Made by a program: the position numbers and the translations under genes. 64,000 nucleotides of DNA. Source: a bacterium (lineage in GTDB: Bacteria; UBA8248; JACPRG01; G963555815). The notes under the pieces are model-generated. The model was not told the origin of the DNA, made no database searches, and was given only the letters and a program-made list of their open reading frames with translations. Below, piece after piece: positions 20,405 through 29,572 of this stretch. The first letter of the stretch is position 1. Every line of letters starts with the position of its first letter. The DNA is taken from contig OZ244653.1 in NCBI GenBank assembly GCA_965218795.1, positions 4,320,001 to 4,384,000 on the forward strand. The letters are read 5' to 3'.

Positions 20405-21439
20405 TTACTGCGTCTTGGGTTTTATCGGTTGCGCGGCCGGCTTGGCCGAGGCGTTGCCCGAGGAATTCCGGCCGACGGATCTTTTCGGCAGCGGGGTCAG
20501 GACGATCTCGATCCGCCGGTTTTTCCTCCGGCCCTCGGGCGTTGTGTTGGAGGCGATGGGCTGAAAGGGGCCGTGGCCGACGGCGGAAAGGAGCGCCGGA
20601 TCCACGCCCCCGGCCGTCTGAAGGTATCGGACGACTGCGGCTGCGCGAAGGGTCGAGAGCTCCCAGTTGTTACGGTACCGGCGGTCGGCCCTCGGGCGGA
20701 CGGGCAGGTTGTCGGTATGTCCTTCGACCTGGATGCGCTTGCCGCTGAGACCTTTGAGCAGGTCGGCGAGTTTCTTGAGCACCTTTCGCCCTTCGGGGTT
20801 GATTTCAACACCGCCCGGGTCGAATACGATCTTGTCGATGACGCTCACCGTCAATCGTCCTTCCACCTCTTGGAGCTTCAGCTTGCCCTGATCGACCTCG
20901 GTCTCCAGATTCCTGACCATCCGCGCGTAGACCTTGCTCTTGCGCTGCAATCTCTGCTCGCGGAGAACAGCCTTCTGGTATCGCTGTTTGTAGACGTTGT
21001 ACCAGTTGCGAAACGCATTCCGGTCCTGTTCCAGCGTCTGGTTCTTGTTCTCGAGCGTCGCGATATCGTCTTCATATCGTTGCAGCCGCGCCCTGAGGCT
21101 TGCGAGCTCTTCTTTGGTCACGGTCGGGATGACGAGGGGCCCGGGCGCGGAAAGTTTGTTCACCTGCGCCTGCAGGGCGTTGTGGGCCCGGATCCACTGA
21201 TCGAGGACATCCCGGAGTCTCTTGTTCTCCTTTTCCAGAGCACGGGCGCTCTTTCTCCACAGGTCGCGGTCCGACGCGGCCTGCGTGAACTCCTCTTGCG
21301 GGACGCATCCGGCCAGCGCGGTCGTCAGGGCGAGGGGGAGAACGGCCGCCCGAATGGCCCGGGCGGGCTCGCGAAGGGAACGCCCGCATCGTTGACTGGG
21401 AACCGACGGGGTGGGGAATCGAGGGGCGGCTGAACGCAA
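20405..21439 (-). CDS. OmpA/MotB C-terminal domain lipoprotein with long coiled coil
   Basis: Lipobox LAGC; coiled coil; VEGHTD, NWELSTLRA, NRRIEI. Start uncertain. Confidence 0.88.
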   Translation of the reverse strand: MRSAAPRFPTPSVPSQRCGRSLREPARAIRAAVLPLALTTALAGCVPQEEFTQAASDRDLWRKSARALEKENKRLRDVLDQWIRAHNALQAQVNKLSAPGPLVIPTVTKEELASLRARLQRYEDDIATLENKNQTLEQDRNAFRNWYNVYKQRYQKAVLREQRLQRKSKVYARMVRNLETEVDQGKLKLQEVEGRLTVSVIDKIVFDPGGVEINPEGRKVLKKLADLLKGLSGKRIQVEGHTDNLPVRPRADRRYRNNWELSTLRAAAVVRYLQTAGGVDPALLSAVGHGPFQPIASNTTPEGRRKNRRIEIVLTPLPKRSVGRNSSGNASAKPAAQPIKPKTQ

Positions 21440-21649
21440 AATGTGATCTCCCGAGAGAAGGATGAACGGTTACAGTCCCATCGGATCTTACCACGGAGTC
21501 GCGGGTCATGGATGCCTTTACGTTCTGGAAAATTCGGAGCTGCTGATGCGGATAGCCGCGGAGGGTGGCGCGACAGCTTTGCGCCGCTATGGTTTCGAGG
21601 AGGTGTTTTGACAATCCGCGGGCGTGCAGTGGACGAGCATGGCCAACCC

Positions 21650-21800
21650 CGCCCCCGTGCGCTCTCAATATCTCGATTGTTTTCTGAAACGGCTCGATGG
21701 ATTTCTCGGTCTCGTTCATGGCACGACGCATCCAATCAATCGGCGTGAATCCGTTCTTGGCCTTCGTGTCGGCATCCGCCCCGGTGTCCGGGATGGTCTT
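21650..21800 (-). pseudogene. Ankyrin-repeat gene remnant (terminal repeat only)
   Basis: GADADTKAKNGFTPIDW...IEILRAHGG matches the ankyrin repeat/cap pattern; no plausible full gene around it. Confidence 0.5.
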
Positions 21801-21921
21801 TCCTTCACAGCATTCATGCGGACCGTCTGCGGAGCATCCCACCATGCCCTCCAGCTTGACCGGAACCCTTCGCCCGCCTATGTTCCCCCAGCGTCTGCGA
21901 TCGAACTTCCACAGGAGCCCC

Positions 21922-23109
21922 ATGAACCCTCTTCCATGCAATCAGGTTGCTGTTTCCTTCGTCCTTCGCGGTTTTTATTTTCTCACCTTCTTCGGACTGG
22001 GCGTTTACGCTCCGTACCTGAGTATTTTCCTTCAGTCAAAAGGACTCGGCGGTGCGGAAGTGGGAACCCTCTGGTCACTCCTCCCCCTGGGAGCCGTTGT
22101 CGCGCCCCCTTTGTCGGGGATAGTCGCCGACAAGTTCCGAAACCGGCGCATCCTGGTCGTCGGCCTCACCTTTATGAGCGGCTGCTTTTTCGCGGGATTG
22201 CTGATAGCAGAGGAGTTCATGGCCTTTGCCGCCGTCCTGTTCTTCTTCTCGGCGTTTCGAGCTTCGACGCTTCCCCTGGTCGAAAGTACGACCTTGGAAC
22301 ATCTGGCAAAGGCCGGTCAGAAGGGGGTGGCGGCCTACGGGGAGATTCGGCTGTGGGGCGGTATCGGGTTCATTGTCGCAAGCCTGCTGATTGGGTATCT
22401 GGTGGATCTCTTCTCGATCCAGGCGATTGTCTATGTTTTTCTGATCGGAGCCCTCTTCCGTATGCTCTTGGCCGTGGGCCTTCCCCCGGAAGGGGGGAGC
22501 GCCCGGCAGCGGCTTGGGCCGGATATCGCCGCCCTGCTCGGGCGGACGGATTTCGTCGCATTCCTCCTCGCGGGGTTTCTCTTGCGGATGAGCCACGGAC
22601 CCATGTGGACCTTCCTTCCCGTGCACATGCAAGAGCTCGGACTTTCCAGTTGGGTCATCGGGTGGTCGTTCTCCATAGGGGTGGCCGCTGAAGTCATTTT
22701 CTTCGTGTTCTCGCGCCGGCTCCTGACCCGCTGGAGCATTCGGTTCCTGTTAATGGCCGCGGCTGGCGGGGCCGCTTTGCGATGGTGGCTTTACGCGCTG
22801 GCCCAAGAGCCTTGGGCCTTTTTGATCATCTCGCTTCTTCACGCCTTGACCTTTGCCGCCTTTCATCTCGCCAGCGTGAGTTTCGTGGATCGAAACACCC
22901 CCCTCACGCTCAAGAGCAGCGGACAGGCATTTTTCTCTGCATCGACCTACGGCGCGGGCGGGATCGCCGGGGCGCTTCTCTCCGGCGCGTTCGTTGAGCC
23001 CTTGGGCATTCAGGGGCTTCTCCATACGTCCTCGATCGTGGCTTTATTGTCCTGCGCGATTTATGGGATCGCCATTCAGCGCGGTGACGTTGGAAGACCC
23101 ACGGGGTAG
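21922..23109 (+). CDS. MFS transporter (MFS_1-like/LacY-like)
   Basis: About 12 hydrophobic segments; GIVADKF; [11 protein letters not shown]; AGGAG before ATG 21922. Confidence 0.9.
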   Translation: MNPLPCNQVAVSFVLRGFYFLTFFGLGVYAPYLSIFLQSKGLGGAEVGTLWSLLPLGAVVAPPLSGIVADKFRNRRILVVGLTFMSGCFFAGLLIAEEFMAFAAVLFFFSAFRASTLPLVESTTLEHLAKAGQKGVAAYGEIRLWGGIGFIVASLLIGYLVDLFSIQAIVYVFLIGALFRMLLAVGLPPEGGSARQRLGPDIAALLGRTDFVAFLLAGFLLRMSHGPMWTFLPVHMQELGLSSWVIGWSFSIGVAAEVIFFVFSRRLLTRWSIRFLLMAAAGGAALRWWLYALAQEPWAFLIISLLHALTFAAFHLASVSFVDRNTPLTLKSSGQAFFSASTYGAGGIAGALLSGAFVEPLGIQGLLHTSSIVALLSCAIYGIAIQRGDVGRPTG

Positions 23110-23110
23110 A

Positions 23111-23992
23111 ATGATTTCCGAACGGGAGGCTGCCGAAAGCCGCCCGCTGGCTGGAAGAGGAGAGGGGGAATGCTTGAAAATCGTTGACGTCGGAAACGTC
23201 CGGGTTGGCGGGGGGGCGTTTTCTCTGATCGCGGGGCCCTGTGTCATCGAGTCGGAGGAAAAGGCTCTTGCGGCCGCCTCCCGATTAAGCGGTATCTGTA
23301 TCGAGATCGGGTGTCCTCTCATATACAAATCGTCCTTTGACAAGGCCAACCGATCTTCCATCCACTCGTTCCGGGGACCGGGCAGGAAGGAGGGCTTGAG
23401 AATATTGGCCAAAGTCAAAAGCGATGTCGGCCTCCCGGTGCTCTCCGACGTACATTCCGTGGATGACGTAAAAGCAGCAGCGGAGGTCCTGGACGTTCTT
23501 CAGGTCCCCGCCTTCCTCTCCCGGCAGACGGACCTCCTGTCCGCGGCGGCGGAGACGGGCAGGCCCGTCAACGTAAAAAAAGGGCAGTTCCTCGCGCCCT
23601 GGGACCTTCATCACGTCGTCGAGAAGCTGGAGTCGGCCGGGGCGAAGGGGATCCTCCTGACCGAGAGGGGAACCACCTTCGGCTACAACAACTTGGTCGC
23701 GGATATGCGGTCGCTCGTCATTCTCCGGCGCTCCGGCTGGCCGGTGGTGTTTGACGTCTCCCACAGCGTCCAGCTTCCGGGGGGGCAGGGAGACGCATCG
23801 GGCGGAGACCGGGAGTTCATCCCCTATCTGGCCCGGTCGGCCGCGGCCGTCGGCATCGACGCCCTCTTCATCGAGTGTCATGAAGATCCCGACAGCGCCC
23901 CTTGCGACGGCCCGAACATGGTTTCCCTGGATGACCTCCCGGACCTTCTGAAGTCGGTCAAGGCAATCGACGAGCAGGTCCCGAAGGACTGA
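23111..23992 (+). CDS. kdsA: KDO-8-phosphate synthase
   Basis: [38 protein letters not shown]. Start could be TTG 23174. Confidence 0.97.
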   Translation: MISEREAAESRPLAGRGEGECLKIVDVGNVRVGGGAFSLIAGPCVIESEEKALAAASRLSGICIEIGCPLIYKSSFDKANRSSIHSFRGPGRKEGLRILAKVKSDVGLPVLSDVHSVDDVKAAAEVLDVLQVPAFLSRQTDLLSAAAETGRPVNVKKGQFLAPWDLHHVVEKLESAGAKGILLTERGTTFGYNNLVADMRSLVILRRSGWPVVFDVSHSVQLPGGQGDASGGDREFIPYLARSAAAVGIDALFIECHEDPDSAPCDGPNMVSLDDLPDLLKSVKAIDEQVPKD

Positions 23993-24126
23993 CAGAGCCC
24001 CTTCCCGGCCCCCGGGGCCGGTCCCGCGGATCAAAAAATCATTGTGTATGCCTGCCGACACTGGCAAAGCAGGCGCAGAGCGGTGGGCTTGCCTCGCCTG
24101 CTTCAGCAGACGGGTTGCGCGGGGTG

Positions 24127-24277
24127 TGGATTCCCGCTTCCGCGGGAATGACAGTTTGAGCCGATGCCCTGGATTCCCGCTGGGCCTGCCCCCGTGTCTG
24201 CATTCGGCAGGGGCGGAAATGACGGTCAGAGTCACGCCGCCCTCCCAACCCGTCATTCCCGCGGAAGCGGGAATCCA
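24127..24277. repeat. Inverted pair of 26-bp palindromic REP/dRS3-like elements
   Basis: TGGATTCCCGCTTCCGCGGGAATGAC (24127-24152) and its exact reverse complement (24252-24277); core ATTCCC-N8-GGGAAT. Confidence 0.9.
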
Positions 24278-24391
24278 GAACCCAGGGGCAGGCGGCGCGG
24301 GCGCGAGAACGAGGCACCCCCCCTTCCCCCCTGACAGGGGGGCTGAAGCGGCGTATCCGCTCACGCCGTAGATGCGTCGGGTGCGAGGAAT

Positions 24392-24429
24392 CGCCGACCG
24401 GCGTCCGCATCGTCCTTCCGCTTCACTCA
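24392..24429. repeat. 38-bp dispersed non-coding repeat, copy 1
   Basis: 33/38 identical to 40765-40802. Confidence 0.75.
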
Positions 24430-24537
24430 AAGGCGCGGACGGCGGCGGAACGCGGGCATTCGGAGGCATTTCGGATCGGGCGACGCCACGAGCGTAGACA
24501 ATACAACCGGGCAGGATGATAGGAGTCTGAGAGGCGC

Positions 24538-25104
24538 ATGGAGGCACCGCTTACGATGGATCCAATATCCAAAGACATTGCAGACAAATTTTGTGAGCTG
24601 TGCAACTGGGTATACGAGAGCTGGGTGACGCATAAGTTACTATTTGATGAGAATGAAAATAAGGAAAACAATATCGGAAAGTGTAAATATATCACCAGCC
24701 GTTTGTCCATCATTACTCAGGAATATTGCTTACTGCAAATAGCCAAGCTGCATGACCCCGCGCTACAGGGAAACTCTCGGAATCTCACGGTCGATTACAT
24801 GGTGCGATCCGGAGAGTGGGGCGAACGAAAGAACGAAATAGACAGGATTCACGCCAAACTTCTGGAATTGTGGAACTGTATCAAGCCTGCACGCAATAAG
24901 ATCTTGACCCACAATGATTTGGAGACGTACAGGGCTGACGAGGCCCTCGGGTCTTTTCCTGAGGGCGCGGACGATGAGTACTTTGAGGCCCTTCAAGACT
25001 TGGTGAACGAAGTGCACGAGAAATGGGTCGGCGGCCCTTATCCTTTCAACGATCTTGCCCAAAACGATGTTTTAAAGTTTCTCGCCTTGCTTGAACGGGT
25101 CTGA
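24538..25104 (+). CDS. HEPN (AbiU2-like) domain protein
   Basis: LLQIAKLHDP and ARNKILTH (R-x5-H) motifs, helical; lower GC than flanks. Confidence 0.65.
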   Translation: MEAPLTMDPISKDIADKFCELCNWVYESWVTHKLLFDENENKENNIGKCKYITSRLSIITQEYCLLQIAKLHDPALQGNSRNLTVDYMVRSGEWGERKNEIDRIHAKLLELWNCIKPARNKILTHNDLETYRADEALGSFPEGADDEYFEALQDLVNEVHEKWVGGPYPFNDLAQNDVLKFLALLERV

Positions 25105-25314
25105 GGCCTCGGCGGAGCAGGGGTTGCAAAAACTCGACAACCGGCAAGACGTATGACGCCGCTTGACGGAATCCACCCTTGAGCAGGTCGCGCGGGTTCT
25201 CGCCGGGTGCACATCTCATCTCAAGGGCCGCCTACAAATGCGGTCCGACCTCTGCCCCGAGACCACGCACGATGAGCATGGCGAATACTCTGGAGAAACG
25301 AAAGGCCCCGCGAA

Positions 25315-25902
25315 ATGGCTCGTCCGAGGATGAGGACGCTCGATATTAAAGCCCTCAAAGAAGCTCTCGAAGATGAAGAAATCGTATTTCGCCAGATTGA
25401 GTTTGCAATCAAGCTCCTTTTTTACTGCGAGCTAGGGAAAATTTGTCCCTCCGAGTTTGATGGCTATGATTGTGTCGTTTCCCTGGAACAGGGAACCATT
25501 GGATTTTCGCCAGGGAACTTCAGCGATGCGGATAAAATCAACAAGGCGGCCGCAATTTCGGTCTTGCTAGCTTTCGCTGGATCCGCTCTTGGCCTTGACC
25601 AAGCCTGTGAAGCTGCCGGCATCAAACCATGCCCTGAATCCAGATGTCAGAGGACAAAACTCCGCACGCTCGTTTATATGATCCGGTGCGCGTTTGCCTA
25701 CTCGCTAGCCGCTCCAAAGTGGGAGATCAAGGGAAAATACAAGGTCGAGATGACATTTGAACTTGCCCGCGAGAAAATCACAATTGATCTGGGTAAGCTA
25801 GATGGTGAGCATTTCGATTTCCCCCAGATTGGGGGTCATCATATTTGGTTTGAAATTCGACACTATCTGGTTTTAGAGTTGCGTAAAATTGCAAATAATT
25901 AG
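25315..25902 (+). CDS. Hypothetical protein, degenerate HEPN-like motif
   Basis: 195-aa ORF with IRCAFAY where an R-x4-H motif would lie; lower GC. Confidence 0.55.
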   Translation: MARPRMRTLDIKALKEALEDEEIVFRQIEFAIKLLFYCELGKICPSEFDGYDCVVSLEQGTIGFSPGNFSDADKINKAAAISVLLAFAGSALGLDQACEAAGIKPCPESRCQRTKLRTLVYMIRCAFAYSLAAPKWEIKGKYKVEMTFELAREKITIDLGKLDGEHFDFPQIGGHHIWFEIRHYLVLELRKIANN

Positions 25903-26147
25903 ACACTTTCCCAAAAAGACCGGGCAGGCTTGCCATTCTCGCCCTAGTCATGGATTCTCCCCAAAATTCAGAATGCCTCTTGGAGTAAAAACGAATATCT
26001 GAACCAAAGAGCGTTTCTATCGAAAGGGCGCGGGGGTCCGGCTTAATGCCCTGAACATCTTCGTCCTGGAGCCTCCCGATATCGAGGGCCTCATCATCGT
26101 GGACTCTCCGCTCAAGACCACCATAGGAGAACAAAAATAATTAAAAA

Positions 26148-27212
26148 CTAGTACCTTGTAACAGAGACTTTGCTAGTGGTGATTCGCCGTGAGCCATCAG
26201 TATAGCTCCACTTGATGGGTTTGGGTTTCTTGTTGCACTGTCGAATATAGCGCATCAGTTTTCGAGCCAAATCAGGAACCGAAGTGAAGACGCCGCGGGC
26301 AATGACGTCGCGTTGGATTTTTGCGAACCAGATTTCGACCTGATTCAACCAAGAGGAATAAGTTGGGGTGAAATGCAAATGCACGCGCGGGTGAGCGTCA
26401 AGAAACTGTCGCACGCGGCGGCTCTTATGAGCCGACAGATTGTCTGCGATGATGTGAATTTCACGCCGCTTGGGTTGTCTGGCCACGATGCCAGAAAGGA
26501 AAGCCACAAAGGCCTCGCTGGTGTGCCTCGCTGCGGTCTTGCCGATGACCTCGCCGGTCTTTGTATTCAGGGCCGCATACAGCGAGAGCGTTCCGTGCCG
26601 GTAATACTCGAAACCGTGACGCTCGGCGCGACCCGGAGAAAGCGGCAACACGGGATCGAATCGGTCCAAGGCCTGAATGGCGGTTTTTTCATCCACACAG
26701 AAAACGGCGGCGTGTTGCGGCGGGTTGACATAGAGGCCAATGATATCGGCCGCCTTCTTCTCAAAGTCCGGATCATTCGATGCCATGTAACGTTGAATGC
26801 GGTGGGGTTGCAGACCCGCACGTTTCCAAACCCGGGCCACCATCATGTGGTGGGTGCCCAACTGCCGCGCCAGCTTGCGACTACTCCAGTGCGTCGATCC
26901 GTCCGGTGGTCGGCGCCTGGTCCAGTCCAGAATCCGAGCCTCCAGCCGGGGGGTGCGCTTGTGAACCGCTCGACCGCAATGTCTGGAATACAAGCCGGCC
27001 AGTCCCTCTTGTTGGAACCGGGTCTTCCATCGGCTCACATACCGGGCATCGCAGCCCACGGCGCGCTGGATCCTCAAATAAGACTCCCCGGCATCGAGCA
27101 TCAGAATGACTTGGGCTCGTCGGACGTCTTCGGACCGCAGCACGCGCGAACGGGATCGCCGTTGCAGTTCTTCTCTTTCATCGGAAGTCAGCTGAATGGG
27201 GGTGTTTGGCAT
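26148..27212 (-). CDS. IS630 transposase
   Basis: HTH region plus DDE motifs VDEKT, ADNLSAH, SWLNQVEIWF. Confidence 0.95.
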   Translation of the reverse strand: MPNTPIQLTSDEREELQRRSRSRVLRSEDVRRAQVILMLDAGESYLRIQRAVGCDARYVSRWKTRFQQEGLAGLYSRHCGRAVHKRTPRLEARILDWTRRRPPDGSTHWSSRKLARQLGTHHMMVARVWKRAGLQPHRIQRYMASNDPDFEKKAADIIGLYVNPPQHAAVFCVDEKTAIQALDRFDPVLPLSPGRAERHGFEYYRHGTLSLYAALNTKTGEVIGKTAARHTSEAFVAFLSGIVARQPKRREIHIIADNLSAHKSRRVRQFLDAHPRVHLHFTPTYSSWLNQVEIWFAKIQRDVIARGVFTSVPDLARKLMRYIRQCNKKPKPIKWSYTDGSRRITTSKVSVTRY

Positions 27213-27263
27213 GCATGATACTGTACCAAACATTACTGGCTATCTCAATGTTACAGTCCACTA
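26149..27263 (-). mobile_element. IS630-family insertion sequence
   Basis: CTAG at both ends (TA target); imperfect IRs TAGTACCTTGTAACAGAGA / TAGTGGACTGTAACATTGAGA; single uninterrupted transposase. Confidence 0.92.
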
Positions 27264-27300
27264 GTACGAAAATAAGAGGCACACAGGGGTGACTGGATGA

Positions 27301-27328
27301 GCCTGCCCCCGGAGGCTTTAGTCGGGGG
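27301..27328. repeat. Second palindromic repeat family, copy 1
   Basis: GCCTGCCCCCGGAGGCTTTAGTCGGGGG is the near reverse complement of CCCCCGACTAAAGCCTTCGGGGACAGGC at ~49247-49274. Confidence 0.7.
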
Positions 27329-27525
27329 TGATTCACTCCGTCTGGAGCGTGGCTTCATCCCCGCGGAGAGGGTCTCCTGTCGTGATTTCATGTGGGCGTT
27401 CGCGTGAGCGGTCCTCCGCAGGCGAGACCCGCAGTTGTTTCATTTCCTCATTCCGCCCGGGTTCGGGATTGACTCATACGCCTATCCATGATATATACCT
27501 TTCGAACATATCAGGAGGTGCCACC

Positions 27526-27771
27526 ATGCGGAAGGTCGCCAAGGTATTCATGACGGGCCGCTCACAGGCCGTTCGCTTGCCGAAAGAGTTCCGGTTCAAG
27601 TGCGATGAGGTGCGGATCAGGAAAGAGGGCGACGCTGTCATCCTCGAGCCCCTGTCGGGGGATTGGTCATGGCTCGATGCCATAGAGCGTCCGATTGATG
27701 AGGATTTCTTGAAAGCCGTGGCCGAGAAGCCCGGCGACCAATCCCGCCCGGAGCTGGACTTCTTCGAGTGA
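27526..27771 (+). CDS. vapB: VapB/VagC antitoxin (AbrB fold)
   Basis: AKVFMTGRSQAVRLPKEFRF; AGGAGG RBS. Confidence 0.93.
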   Translation: MRKVAKVFMTGRSQAVRLPKEFRFKCDEVRIRKEGDAVILEPLSGDWSWLDAIERPIDEDFLKAVAEKPGDQSRPELDFFE

Positions 27772-28160
27772 AATTCCTGCTGGACACGAATGCCCTGATC
27801 GCGTTGCTCAAAGGTGATCAAACGTTCATCGACCGCCTTCGCGCCCATCAGCCGTCCGACTTCGGCATGTCCTCGATCACGCATCACGAACTGTGCTTCG
27901 GCGCATACAAGAGCAGGCGGGCAGAAGCCAACTTGCGCAACATCCGCTCCCTGGAATTCGAGGTGCTGCCGATTTCCAAAACCGACGCCGAACGTGCGGG
28001 AGAAATCCGCGCCGCGTTGGGGGTCAAGGGAACACCCATCGGCCCCTATGACGTGCTGGTCGCGGGGCAGGCAGTCGCCCGCTCCCTTACATTGATCACG
28101 CACAACGTCGGCGAGTTTGCGCGGGTGGAGGGTCTGGCGTTCGAGGACTGGCTGGCGTGA
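27768..28160 (+). CDS. vapC: VapC PIN-domain toxin
   Basis: FLLDTN, HEL, IGPYDVLVAG, THNVGEF; 4-nt overlap with vapB. Confidence 0.94.
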   Translation: MKFLLDTNALIALLKGDQTFIDRLRAHQPSDFGMSSITHHELCFGAYKSRRAEANLRNIRSLEFEVLPISKTDAERAGEIRAALGVKGTPIGPYDVLVAGQAVARSLTLITHNVGEFARVEGLAFEDWLA

Positions 28161-28284
28161 GGGTATGTCACGCAGAGAGGTAAATACACAAAGTTCAATA
28201 AGAAATTTCTTTATTGAAAGTTAGCGCGTAAATGTGAATGAGGATGTTGGGGGGACCGCATCTGGGGGTACCGGGGGACGAGTG

Positions 28285-28313
28285 TATTGAGAGCGGGGCG
28301 GCCTTGGTATAAT
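28285..28313 (+). promoter_or_regulatory. Putative sigma70 promoter with extended -10
   Basis: TGgTATAAT at 28305-28313 with TTGAGA upstream; ~35 nt before the ATG at 28349. Confidence 0.55.
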
Positions 28314-28348
28314 ATTCCGTCTCTCTCATAATGTGTAGGAGCAATGGA

Positions 28349-29461
28349 ATGGCTAGAGAGAAATATACTCGGCATGTTATCCCCGAGGTTGCCGCTCCTG
28401 ATTCAAGTTGGCTACTTTCAGATCATCATGATACTGAAGTCGAGGATGAAGTAGCCGCTGATCCCTGGAATATCAATATCGCGGACAAAGAAAAATCAAA
28501 CGGAACCACAGACGATACTTCGGATGCGTCCAATCATACACAGACAGCGGATACCACTAGTGGCAATCTTCAATTTGGAACCATATTGCCGGGGCTTGGC
28601 GGCCAGATCAATCTTTTCTCCAGCGACGACATAGGTCTCCAGATGGGTCTTTTTCCCGATGCGGAGAAATGGCCGCCGGACGACCCGATTGATGCTACCG
28701 ATCAGGACTGGCTGCATGGAGAATTTCTCGATGAGACAGTCGATACAGTCAATGACGGATTCGAAGGGTTCGTGCTTGACGAGTCTCCAGACGAAAAGTT
28801 CGAAGACGACTTCGATATCGTCGAGTTCGACGAGGGCGCCCAACAGCCACCTTGGGAAATTGAACCCGAGGAAGAAGCCCAAGAGTTACGCCGTGCTCGC
28901 GAGAAGGCGGCGACCATTGCACTCCTGCTTGATTTCAGAAACACCCGCGAGCGAGATAACGCCATATCGTATTTGGAGGAATTGTTCGGGCAGATGACAC
29001 ATTCGGCGACATTCCGGGCAATTGAGAGGGTGGCGGAGGGGATAGACCTCGACACGCTGAAAGCCATGGTAGAAGTGCGGCGGATCTGGATGCGGCGAAC
29101 GGACTGGTGGTGGGGAATACTCTACGAACCAGGTATCTTCAGACGTGGCAACTTGGCGTTTACATGGGCCACCACGCGCCTCGTGTGTCTTGCACGAAGG
29201 GATCATCCTCCAGAGTCAATGATCGATGAAGAGTGGTTCGACGAATGGTTGCGGTTGCCATATGGCGCTCCCAACTACAGCAGCTTTGCCTCATACATTG
29301 AAGAGAAGATCCTTTCCCATGACGCCGAACTTCTTAACGAGGGACTAAGGCATTACGAACGCGGCGATGGCTATGTGGAAACAGGTGATGGCTTCGACTG
29401 GTACCGCCGCATCCCAGACCCCGAGGCGGTGAAAAGTATAAGACAACTCCCGCATCATTAA
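28349..29461 (+). CDS. Hypothetical protein: acidic low-complexity N-half plus Trp-rich helical C-domain
   Basis: Long ORF with AGGAG RBS, co-oriented 111 bp before the SNF2 gene. Confidence 0.8.
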   Translation: MAREKYTRHVIPEVAAPDSSWLLSDHHDTEVEDEVAADPWNINIADKEKSNGTTDDTSDASNHTQTADTTSGNLQFGTILPGLGGQINLFSSDDIGLQMGLFPDAEKWPPDDPIDATDQDWLHGEFLDETVDTVNDGFEGFVLDESPDEKFEDDFDIVEFDEGAQQPPWEIEPEEEAQELRRAREKAATIALLLDFRNTRERDNAISYLEELFGQMTHSATFRAIERVAEGIDLDTLKAMVEVRRIWMRRTDWWWGILYEPGIFRRGNLAFTWATTRLVCLARRDHPPESMIDEEWFDEWLRLPYGAPNYSSFASYIEEKILSHDAELLNEGLRHYERGDGYVETGDGFDWYRRIPDPEAVKSIRQLPHH

Positions 29462-29572
29462 CGCCCTATGGTGATCGGCCCAGCGTTATCACTAGCAGGA
29501 ATTTCGACTCGATAACATGGTTTAACTACTGGATAGACAAATATCAGAAGCTTGAAGGAAAAGGACGAAAAG

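Noticed and set aside
20405-21439. Flagellar motB or Zorya zorB
   Set aside because: It has a lipobox and coiled coil rather than a TM helix with the conserved Asp, and there is no motA/zorA neighbour.
24039-24410. ORFs containing VIPAEAGI / DSRFRGND (also 48870-49235)
   Set aside because: These are translations of the palindromic repeat, not proteins.
24430-25910. Integron cassette array
   Set aside because: No convincing RYYYAAC...GTTRRRY attC structure after either ORF, and no intI.
25778-26134. 118-aa minus-strand ORF next to IS630
   Set aside because: It overlaps the 25315-25902 gene and has no motif or RBS; unsupported.
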